From positions 2,604,001 through 2,668,000 of the forward strand of contig NW_025964212.1 of assembly GCF_023055435.1 (NCBI RefSeq): a stretch of DNA of 64,000 bases, in the 5' to 3' direction. Positions 51,301 to 60,000 of this stretch are shown here, in pieces. The DNA is from Haliotis rufescens (taxonomy: Eukaryota). Within the stretch, counting starts at the first letter, position 1. Each line of letters begins with the position of its first letter. The translations under genes and the position numbers were made by a program. A model generated the notes under the pieces. It saw only the letters and a program-made list of their open reading frames with translations. It made no database searches and was not told where the DNA came from.

Positions 51301-51695
51301 GCTTGAGGCAGCAGACCCCGGCTGTCGGCAGTTCGAAAACATGCGACCGTGGGTCCGCCCGGGGCGCTTCGGGCGCTAATGGGAACCCGATGGGTTCCCG
51401 GCCCCGCGAAAAGGCTGCTGGCCTCGACCAGCTGCCCTGCCCCGGCCCCTGCCTCTCTTGCTCCTCCCGGCGCCCTTACCTGAAGGAAGCGGCTGCTTCC
51501 AAGCAGGTGCAGACTTCTGACCCGGCGCGTCAGCGTAGGAGGAAGCAAGTGGAGAGGTCCGCTTACGCGGTTTAACGCATGGTACCTCCAACAAGGCCTT
51601 AGAATCCTTGATGGAGGCATACAACTGTGCGGCCTCTCGGACCACCTGCTGAGCCCCAGGGAAGAGGGTGGCACCCATCTTATAAGGCAAAGCAA
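48363..51695 (-). CDS. DIRS tyrosine recombinase ORF, copy A; YR domain in the last ~350 codons, the rest overlaps pol and gag
   Basis: KTAFLVAVTSGRRVGDIHAM, HSVRA, AAIWS...FIKHY (R-HxxR-W-Y catalytic set). Confidence 0.93.
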   Translation of the reverse strand: MLCLIRWVPPSSLGLSRWSERPHSCMPPSRILRPCWRYHALNRVSGPLHLLPPTLTRRVRSLHLLGSSRFLQVRAPGGAREAGAGAGQLVEASSLFAGPGTHRVPISARSAPGGPTVACFRTADSRGLLPQAGCPRRRPTGSIPAGMGDSHIQSLDPVHSKGWPFASVETSSAPLLRDKAHSGACYPGEGGIPPCRGRRTSYEGCDRTGSRGTGKRGLLLDIFPSHQKRRRVQAYSQSEKAEQTYRGTVLQDGDTALGDLSCRDRRMANVNRPKRRLSPRTHTPRVQEIPQVFFRREVLSVQGSTIRDRYGPEGVHQADVDSRPSGQVKRSVLPSVPRRLVTKSSIAIPESDSYTTSDRYSDHSRVDSQSQEVRSEPYSESSLPRGEFQHGERTCISVTRSQYQGQKCYFPVPSVRQSHCSYMAPVTGQHGGDSGCGLAGALENETHSTSAPSTLGELGRSRDCSRDSAVAQCTPSVVDRGRESVPGAPPRHSRAVSHSSNRRVTLRLGRRSERSHCLGTMVPAGDQTAYQCARTESGQVGVPTLPGSASWPSGASRDGQPNGDDLHPEAGGNGVSVASPRDVAVPPMVRLTRYQGATCLSPGGRQRPCGRSVSPDPRSSRVEARPGDIRDYLPVIRVVPGGSVCVWGESPDTNVLLPSPRPEVGGTGRLPARLDGQNTVGIPPSTSDFQGPVSASHSACATTCAPGTPLVGAELVSSHTQVSGSASCSITFTTGPPIPERGPPPESQDSVGGLATVRNRLQESGIPARVADTILASRRDSTNVQYEDRWACYARWCVDRRIADPFSADLVAVLEFLQSRLDVGLAASTVRGYSTAIAAFHVPVDGALLGAHPLVQRFLAGVDRIRPPVRRISPPWELSIVLDWLSGPSFRDLSSLSLQLLSWKTAFLVAVTSGRRVGDIHAMSADPELTVFHRDRVSIRLPDSYRPKVAHAFHVTAPIELPALSQPSSSGTTTRHAHVLDVRRTLKSYISRTKGIRKDNQLFCCYGGRKAGSPASKQTISRWIVSTICTAYTLQGRDPPTKLKAHSVRAVATTQAYAAALPIEEICSAAIWSQPSTFIKHYQLDKHSSERARFGQSVLRTGQSTTSLAD
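49262..51475 (-). CDS. DIRS pol: reverse transcriptase, RNase H and Dam-like methyltransferase, copy A (open from 51475, no upstream ATG)
   Basis: RT: VGGRL..F..W, KKDGGFRPILNL, IDLKDAY, LPFG, YLDDWL. RNase H: TDAS..GWG, HINVLEL, DN, ADALSR. MT: VDLFAS..N, WAFPP. Confidence 0.95.
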   Translation of the reverse strand, partial: GRREEQERQGPGQGSWSRPAAFSRGREPIGFPLAPEAPRADPRSHVFELPTAGVCCLKPDVPVGGRLALFLQEWETVTSNPWTLSTLRDGHLPRWKHHPPPFSGIKHTPVPATLERAEFLRAEVDALLMKAAIEPVPVGQESEGFYSTYFLVTKKDGGFRPILNLRRLNKLIEVPSFRMETLRSVISAVETGEWLTSIDLKDAYLHVPIHPEFKKYLRFSFDGRCYQFRVLPFGIATAPRVFTKLMLIPAQVARSKGRFCHPYLDDWLLRALSQSLSQIATQQVIDILITLGWIVNLKKSDLSPTQNLVFLGANFNTVSGLVSLSQDRSTKVRSVTSQFLLSASHTARTWLQLLGNMAATVDVVWRARLRMRPIQQALRRLWVNSEDLETVLETPQWLNAHLQWWTEVGNLSRGLPLDTPVPSLTVQTDASLSGWGGVLNDHTASGLWSQQEIKLHINVLELRAVRLVFQRFLDLLRGQVVRLEMDNQTAMTYIRKQGGTVSPSLLQETWQFLLWCDSHVIRVLPVYLPGVDNVRADALSRRILAPHEWRLDPGIFGIISQLYGSFQVDLFASGVNHQTPTFCSRVPDPRSVAPDAFQLDWTDRILWAFPPVPLISKVLSQLATQPARLLVLLAPLWSAQSWFPVILRFLAQPPVLLPLRPDLLSQNEALHPNPRIQWVAWPLSGIASRRAVFLHELQTQYWLRGGIRQTFSTRIDGPAMRAGVSIEGLQIPFLQIS

Positions 51696-53349
51696 GTAGA
51701 TCCTGGCGTGTGGAAGCCGAGTATTTGGATACCGACATCCACAGCCTGCGCATGCCCATGACTGCGCACATCATCTGCGAGGCACAGCTACGAATAGCGT
51801 CCCTCGCAAGATGACTATGTACCTCCGTCAGTTGCGCGGCCAACTCCGAAGAGTCGGCCGGCCCCTCTCCCGCTAACTCCCTCTGTACGGCCGACAGATA
51901 AGCGGAGTGTACGGACACCCGGAGCTGCTGACATGCGTTACGATATTGCTCCTCGAAGCAAACGTAAGCAGCCTTCAGCTCCGTACCGCACGCGGGAAAG
52001 GGTGGCAACCGCCGGCCCTGCTTGACCTTAGCCAAGTTGGGGGTCGAAGACCCCCCCAGGGTAACGGAGGTCCAGACGCATTCGTCCACCACCGGTACCT
52101 CAAAATCACCATCCTCTGCTAACGGGTACCGCTTAATAAGTTCGGGCAGGTCGAACTTCCTGCGGGCACCCGACAACAGAGGGTTGATGACTTCATGCAC
52201 CAATGAAGACAGAATACGGAGCCGCACCTGGGGCGCCTTGCTCGGAGCAAAAGCGTCCCCCGGAAGGCGGAACTCAGTCGGATCCGACTGGGGCATGGGC
52301 GCAGCCACCTGAGGCAGTACCTGGACAATTTTGTCCCGTACATGCCTCAACGAGGAAACGAAGGAAAATATTCCCGAGGTCTCCGAGTCGTCTCCCCCCT
52401 CCTCCATCCACTCCTCCTCTCTCGATTCCGAGCCGAAATTAATCGACTCTTCCCCGAGAGAAGAGGCAGACGAAGTCGGAAGGGGACGCCCGAAGGCCTG
52501 GGCCTTCGCATCCCCGGGCTGCACCCGGCCCGAAGCCGAGTCCCGGTCCCGAGGTGCCGGGGGTTCAAGGGAACCCACCTGGCTCTGGGCTAGAAATCCG
52601 CTAGAGGAAGCCTCGGCCTCGGAAGAGGCGTCTGGCTCCGCTAGGGAGAACTGTGCGTCGGTAGTGAACGGGCCAGTGCCCGCCACCCCTCCGCTGGGGA
52701 GCGACCTCGAGCCGGCGCCGAAGCCCGGTCTGAGTTCGTCCCCGAGACCAAGTGGCCTGCCTCGGCCGACGCCGGGCATATCACAAGGTCTCGAAGCCGC
52801 GTCCGGCGCCGACAACGGGGAAGGCTCGGTCCGCAACTCCTCTCGGAGCTGAGACTTTACCTCCTCCATCATCGACGCCATCTGCGACCTCAACAAGGCA
52901 GAGATGTCTGCCAAAGACGGTGCAGGAGAGGGTGCAGTGATTGTGACGGGGACCCTAGAGCCTTCTCCCCCGGCCCCCGGGGAGGGAGCGGAGGAGACAG
53001 TCTCAGCTGCCTTTTTACCCTTTCTTACTTTTTTTGAGGGGGGCGGGGCGGTCTTTGCCGACCTAATGTCCACCCCCGCCTTCAATAGACCCTTAAAGTG
53101 TAAGAGGTCCACATTTCTCTTTTTTTGCGCCCGTGGTGTAAATGCAACACAGATCGGGCATGACCCATCGTCATGCCCGTCTTCGGCCAAACACTTTATG
53201 CAGGTATCATGCCTGTCTTGGGGGGGAATCGAAGCCGAGCACCCCGTACACAGTTTGAAGGTCTGTAAAAAAGACCGTAATTTTTGAGTTTGGCGGGAAG
53301 GGTAATAAAGTGTATCAGTGCGATTGAAAGATCGGAAAGATACGTGCAT
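51376..53349 (-). CDS. DIRS gag-like ORF1, copy A
   Basis: N-terminal CxxC...H..CxxC...H...CxxC zinc-finger motif; position 5' of pol; first ATG at 53349. Confidence 0.85.
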   Translation of the reverse strand: MHVSFRSFNRTDTLYYPSRQTQKLRSFLQTFKLCTGCSASIPPQDRHDTCIKCLAEDGHDDGSCPICVAFTPRAQKKRNVDLLHFKGLLKAGVDIRSAKTAPPPSKKVRKGKKAAETVSSAPSPGAGGEGSRVPVTITAPSPAPSLADISALLRSQMASMMEEVKSQLREELRTEPSPLSAPDAASRPCDMPGVGRGRPLGLGDELRPGFGAGSRSLPSGGVAGTGPFTTDAQFSLAEPDASSEAEASSSGFLAQSQVGSLEPPAPRDRDSASGRVQPGDAKAQAFGRPLPTSSASSLGEESINFGSESREEEWMEEGGDDSETSGIFSFVSSLRHVRDKIVQVLPQVAAPMPQSDPTEFRLPGDAFAPSKAPQVRLRILSSLVHEVINPLLSGARRKFDLPELIKRYPLAEDGDFEVPVVDECVWTSVTLGGSSTPNLAKVKQGRRLPPFPACGTELKAAYVCFEEQYRNACQQLRVSVHSAYLSAVQRELAGEGPADSSELAAQLTEVHSHLARDAIRSCASQMMCAVMGMRRLWMSVSKYSASTRQDLLALPYKMGATLFPGAQQVVREAAQLYASIKDSKALLEVPCVKPRKRTSPLASSYADAPGQKSAPAWKQPLPSGKGAGRSKRGRGRGRAAGRGQQPFRGAGNPSGSH

Positions 53350-54052
53350 AAATTGTGTAACTAGAAGCAAAGGCGTAATTTAGAATGCGATTGGTAACGC
53401 GATACTAATAGCCAATGTCGTAGTATAATTATAACACCAAAGTGGGCGTGTTACGCGCGAAGGTGTAGAAAACCCGTAAAAAAGGTAAGTGTAATTTAAA
53501 ATAATTAACACACCACCTTGGGTTTATTTAAAGGAAAAGATTGTAGGCTAAAGCCCGATGATATAGATTAAAAAACCGAAGCCGTTTTTGATGGCCCTGG
53601 TGTTACATATATCATACGTGGCACTACAAAATGGACGCTACGACGGCCTTATTTCAAAGGTATCGTACACGTGTCACATAATTACAACTTTATAACTTTA
53701 CAATGCGAGGTATTACGCCTTTGCATGAAAGAAATGTACCATACATACAGTTTGGTCTGCCATGGTTCTTGTACAAACGATAATCTTGTCTTTATATTGT
53801 CTTGAAAAAAACAGCACGTCTGTCTTTGTCAGATGACATAAGGAAAGTGATTTGGGTGAGAGTTGCTTCCCTTGGCGTGACGCGCCGTGGAGGGTGAGGC
53901 ACCATAAGGGTGGACGTATATCATACAAAAACAAAGTTTTTTGTGTGGTAACAATTTTTATTAAGGAAAATGGTTACAACTATGTCATGTAGATTTTCTT
54001 GAGCCAGGAAAATGCAATAAGTGCCCCAAGGAGGATTTAATCTGAAAGAGAA

Positions 54053-55604
54053 TGTGAACGCCGGCGACAACTTTCAAGGCTACATCACGGAAGTAGTGGT
54101 TGGTGAAGGCGGTGTCCGATCGCCACGAACAGGCTTCCCTGAACGACGGGATGGAACAGTATACCGTGAAGAACCAGTGTAAATACGATCGCCCTGATCT
54201 CATTTTATTTCAGGTAATAGCCTTTGGGGGGAGGGTCCAATCCGGCGGCTCATACGCTTTAAGGATGACCGCCCGGAGCCACAGGGAAAAGTATTCCGGC
54301 TGACCAACGACAGCGACGAAGGGGAGACCGGCAGAAAAAGGTGTTTCCTAGACTTGCGGCAGTCTTTAGATCGTAGAATAACCTTCAGTGCCCTTACTGG
54401 GCATAATGACGCTCATCCTCATCCTCGGCACCCACACTGGACGAGGGGGGAGGGGACAAGGAATGATCTATCAGGCTGTCCTGGGCGTTGAGTCTTTACG
54501 CTGACGTCCCAGTACGGTCCATGATGAACGGCGCCCTGGGTACCGCATTCGAACCGGGCATGGGAGACGTCGAGGGCGTGCTGTACATGGACTCGAGCGG
54601 CAGTAGTCAAAACCAGTAGAAACACCCGTCTTCTACTTAAGGTCGAAGAAGGAAGACGAGGGGAGTGGTTCGAAGGGCATTGAAGACCACATTCAGATCC
54701 AACGCAGGCGGTCCGAACTTGGTCTTCAGGTCTTCAAGACTGAACGAGCGCAGCCAGGCCCGTAGGTCGGGAATTTTCGTCTTTCTCCGATCGTCCGGGA
54801 TGGCCAGAAAGGAGTAGATGGCGACCAGGTATGTGGGGGTGGTAAGCCCTTCAACCGATGGGTGCTACACAAGTACAGAAGGAACTGATCCAGGATCTGC
54901 GGTGACGCTGTCATCGGATCCTGGTGTTTGTCAGAACAAAATGCCTGGAACAAGCATCATTTATCAGCATACAGTCCCCCTGTAGATGGACGGTGGGCTG
55001 AAGCAATAGCCTTGGTCGCTCTAGCCGAATAGCCCTTGGCTTTCTGCATGTGTGTCAGGCGTGCAGACGATAACATGCGGGTATGAGGGTGTGGCAACAG
55101 ACCGTGTGGATGGAGCAGAAGGTTGGACCACACCGGAAGTTCCAGGGGTTGTCTCTGGCTATGTTTCGGAGGTCGATAACCCAACTTCTGGCTGACCAAT
55201 AAGGCGAGACCAAAGTCAATGGCAGGGGTCGAGTGGCCTGGATCTCTGAAGAACCGTGGGAGGGAGAACCGGAGTCGGAAAAGCGTACGCGCGTAATCCT
55301 TCTCAGGAACGATGGAAGGCTTCGACTGCCACAGCGGTCGTATCCGGCACAGGTGGAATGGAAGACGACTGCTGGCCACATTCAGATATGAGGCAAACAG
55401 ATCTAGGGTTGGGGTGTCGACCGTTTCACATAGTCTGGCCCGAGGCGCCGGAGAGCGTGAGGCGTCGGAGAGCTTGGGGCGCCTGGAACGCCTAAGATGG
55501 TGATTCTCGGGGGCGCCGGTCGAGTTTGTAGCGCCGGGAGAGGGGCGAGAACTCTGGGTCCGCAAACACCACACTACGGTGACGTCGTCAGTGGACACGA
55601 TCAA
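54053..55604 (-). pseudogene. Degraded YR, methyltransferase and RNase H remnants of the host DIRS
   Basis: STDDVTVVWCL (RH); TPTLDLFASYLN (MT); KGYSARATKAIASAHRPST, FLLVLTTAARVHVQHALD, CSWRSDTAFTNHYFRD (YR); many frameshifts. Confidence 0.85.
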
Positions 55605-57044
55605 CAGGGCGTGACCGAGAATGCACTGTCAGCAAGTGCCGTCCTGGATAAGCATTTATCTCGAGGCTGTTGCTGTGCCTATGGTGTTGATCTCTGGATC
55701 ACAGGTGGTCACAATGTGGGCTGGCGTGGGCCACTAGCCACTGACAAGGTGGCAGGGGAGGTAGTCAGCAACAGGGGTCTGCGATTGCGTACCGTCGGTA
55801 CGATTCGGAAAAAGGTGTGATCGCCTGCGAGCCAACCTCAAGTAGACGAAGTAAACTAGCTTCACAATCGACCGCCGGGGCATCGACGTAACCGGGTAGT
55901 AGGAAGTCGAGGCAATATGGCCATTGCACGAAGTAATGAGATCGTTTTCATCCCTGAAGCGGCGTATAAGTACTCCTGTTCTTATATCGAGGTGACGATG
56001 GAGGACGACAACACGATACGAGGCAGGTATGCAACAGGGGTCAGTGGGACGGCCGAGGGACTTTAAGTATCAAATCGACACTGTGTCCGGTAGTCAAGGC
56101 GGAAGATAGGAAGGTGTCGTAGTCGAAAAGATCAAACCGGACGAAGGAAGGCGATCTTTTCCATCCCTTGAACGCCTATAGGCGCTATCGTTCTTATAGC
56201 GAAGGGTTTTTACAAACCTGTAGAGGTTATGAATTCTCTGATGAAATCCTCCTTGGGGCACTTATTGCATTTTCCTGGCTCAAGAAAATCTACATGACAT
56301 AGTTGTAACCATTTTCCTTAATAAAAATTGTTACCACACAAAAAACTTTGTTTTTGTATGATATACGTCCACCCTTATGGTGCCTCACCCTCCACGGCGC
56401 GTCACGCCAAGGGAAGCAACTCTCACCCAAATCACTTTCCATATGTCTAATGCTGACGGAATGTGGGGAGGCGGGTGGCCGTGCCCCAAGGAGGATTTCA
56501 TCAGAGAATTCATAACCTCTACAGGTTTGTAAAATTCTCTTTCAGATTAAATCCTCCTTGGGGCACTTATTGCATCAAGATAGACTCCTAAAGATAATCT
56601 AGGAAGTGGCATCCGTCAGCAACAAGCGTGCATAAAATACATCGTATTTTGATTATTTCAATGAATAAACAAGAGTTCAATAAATGGAACCAACCTTATC
56701 GTGAGGCACCACCGTCGAAAGGCGGGGGCTGGAGACAGGGCGTTATCGACCATACACAATGAAAAGAGCCATTCTTTGTGGCTCATCATATCGAGAACTC
56801 GAGACACACACACCCCCCACCCCACCCACTTTTTTGAACAAGTGATATTGGGGGCACAGATCACGAGAGACTATAAACCCGCACAGAGCTAGGCCAGAGG
56901 GTCCCCGTAATCGAAGGAGTGCATGTGCAATTACGATGATTATCGACTAGTAATGGCTGGTATTGTATCGACCGTAGAAGATAAAATCCGGACCGTTACT
57001 GAGCAGTGTTATAACCGGTCCGGGCGGTCTAAAATCTCGAAGGC

Positions 57045-60000
57045 TCAATCGGCTAGAGATGTAGTACTTTGCCCAGTTCGGAGAACTGACTGACCAAACC
57101 GAGCACGCTCGCTTGAGTGTTTGTCGAGTTGGTAATGTTTGATGAACGTGCTCGGCTGGCTCCAAATAGCCGCGGAGCAGATCTCCTCAATGGGCAGAGC
57201 CGCAGCATACGCTTGTGTCGTAGCCACTGCTCTAACCGAATGAGCCTTCAACTTGGTAGGGGGGTCCCTGCCTTGAAGCGTGTACGCCGTACATATAGTA
57301 GAGACTATCCACCGCGAGATAGTTTGTTTGCTCGCAGGTGAGCCAGCCTTCCTACCGCCATAACAGCAAAATAGTTGATTATCCTTACGGATACCCTTAG
57401 TTCTGCTGATATAGGACTTAAGGGTCCTGCGGACATCCAATACATGAGCATGTCTTGTAGTGGTCCCCGACGAGGAAGGCTGTGAAAGAGCAGGTAGCTC
57501 AATAGGAGCCGTCACGTGGAAGGCGTGTGCGACCTTAGGACGGTAAGAGTCCGGCAGGCGAATACTGACCCTGTCCCGGTGAAAGACAGTTAGTTCGGGA
57601 TCGGCTGACATTGCGTGAATGTCGCCTACCCGTCTGCCGGACGTTACCGCCACAAGGAACGCCGTCTTCCAGCTCAACAGCTGAAGAGAGAGAGACGACA
57701 GATCCCGAAAGGAAGGACCGGACAGCCAATCAAGAACGATTGACAATTCCCAAGGGGGACTGATCCGCCGGACAGGCGGTCGGATCCTGTCCACACCTGC
57801 TAAAAAACGCTGCACTAATGGGTGCGCACCCAAAAGTGCCCCGTCGACGGGGACGTGAAAGGCAGCGATAGCTGTAGAGTACCCCCGGACTGTCGATGCG
57901 GCCAGGCCGACATCTAGTCGCGACTGGAGGAACTCAAGTACGGCTACGAGATCTGCAGAAAAGGGATCTGCAATCCTTCTATCGACACACCAGCGCGCAT
58001 AGCAGGCCCATCTATCCTCGTACTGAACGTTTGTCGAATCCCTCCGCGAAGCCAGTATTGTGTCTGCAACTCGTGCAGGAATACCGCTCTCCTGGAGGCG
58101 ATTCCGGACAGTGGCCAAGCCACCCACTGAATCCTGGGATTCGGGTGGAGGGCCTCGTTCTGGGATAGGAGGTCCGGTCGTAAAGGTAATAGAACAGGAG
58201 GCTGAGCCAGAAACCTGAGTATGACTGGAAACCAACTCTGCGCCGACCAAAGGGGTGCCAGGAGCACAAGTAGTCGCGCAGGCTGAGTGGCTAGCTGAGA
58301 CAGGACCTTGGAAATCAGAGGTACTGGGGGGAATGCCCACAGTATTCTGTCCGTCCAATCTAGCTGGAAGGCGTCCGGTGCCACCGACCTCGGGTCGGGG
58401 ACTCGGGAGCAGAACGTTGGTGTCTGGTGATTCACCCCAGACGCAAACAGATCCACCTGGAACGACCCGTATAACTGGGAGATAATCCCGAATATCCCCG
58501 GGTCGAGCCTCCACTCGTGAGGAGCGAGGATCCGGCGAGACAGAGCGTCCGCACGGACGTTGTCTACCCCCGGGAGATAAACAGGTAGCACCCTGATAAC
58601 GTGTGAGTCGCACCATAGGAGGAACTGCCACGTCTCTTGGAGAAGCGACGGAGACACCGTTCCCCCCTGCTTCCGGATGTAAGTCATCGCCGTTTGGTTG
58701 TCCATCTCTAGACGCACCACTTGGCCACGAAGCAGATCCAGGAAGCGTTGGAACACCAACCTGACCGCTCTCAGTTCTAGCACATTGATATGCAGTTTGA
58801 TCTCCTGCTGGGACCATAGTCCCGAGGCAGTGTGATCGTTCAGAACGCCTCCCCAGCCGGAGAGTGACGCGTCTGTTTGAACTGTGAGAGACGGCACGGG
58901 AGTGTCGAGGGGGAGCCCCCGGGACAGATTCCCGACCTCGGTCCACCACTGAAGGTGTGCATTGAGCCACTGCGGAGTCTCGAGAACAGTCTCGAGATCT
59001 TCCGAGTTCACCCAAAGTCGACGGAGCGCTTGTTGAATGGGTCTCATTCTCAAGCGCGCCCGCCAAACCACATCCACTGTCGCCGCCATGTTGCCCAGTA
59101 ACTGGAGCCATGTACGAGCAGTGTGACTGGCGGACAGAAGGAACTGGGAAGTAACACTTCTGACCTTGGTACTGCGATCTTGTGACAGAGATACAAGTCC
59201 GCTCACCGTGTTGAAATTCGCCCCTAGGAAGACTAGATTCTGAGTAGGGCTCAGATCTGACTTCTTGAGATTGACTATCCACCCTAGAGTGATCAGAATA
59301 TCTATCACTTGTTGTGTAGCTATCTGACTCAGGGATTGCGATAGAGCTCTTAGTAACCAGTCGTCGAGGTACGGATGGCAGAACCGACCTTTTGACCTGG
59401 CCACTTGGGCGGGAATCAACATCAGCTTGGTGAACACCCTCGGGGCCGTAGCGATCCCGAATGGTAGAACCCTGAACTGATAACACCTCCCGTCGAAAGA
59501 AAACCTGAGGTATTTCTTGAACTCGGGGTGTATGGGTACGTGGAGATAGGCGTCTTTTAGGTCTATTGACGTTAGCCATTCTCCGGTCTCGACAGCTGAG
59601 ATCACCGAGCGCAGTGTCTCCATCCTGAAGGACGGTACCTCTATAAGTTTGTTCAGCCTTCTCAGATTGAGAATAGGCCTGAACCCTCCGTCTTTTTTGG
59701 TGACTAGGAAATATGTCGAGTAGAAGCCCTCGCTTTCCTGTCCCACGGGAACCGGTTCGATCGCAGCCTTCATAAGAAGTGCGTCGACCTCGGCACGGAG
59801 GAATTCCGCCCTCTCCAGGGTAGCAGGCACCGGAGTGTGCTTTATCCCGGAGAAGGGGGGCGGATGATGTTTCCACCGAGGCAAATGGCCATCCCTTAGA
59901 GTGGACAGGGTCCAGGGATTGGATGTGACTGTCTCCCATTCCTGCAGGAATAGAGCCAGTCGGCCGCCTACGGGGACATCCGGCTTGAGGCAGCAGACCC

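Larger units (their letters stand above)
47526..54052 (-). mobile_element. Intact DIRS1-type tyrosine-recombinase retrotransposon, copy A (~6.5 kb)
   Basis: 197-bp ITR core (47562-47758 vs 53842-54038); ICR at 47799-47893; gag, RT-RH-MT and YR ORFs; no TSD. Confidence 0.96.

Noticed and set aside
52022-53287. + strand ORFs antisense to gag
   Set aside because: Short ORFs expected in GC-rich antisense sequence; no recognisable motifs.
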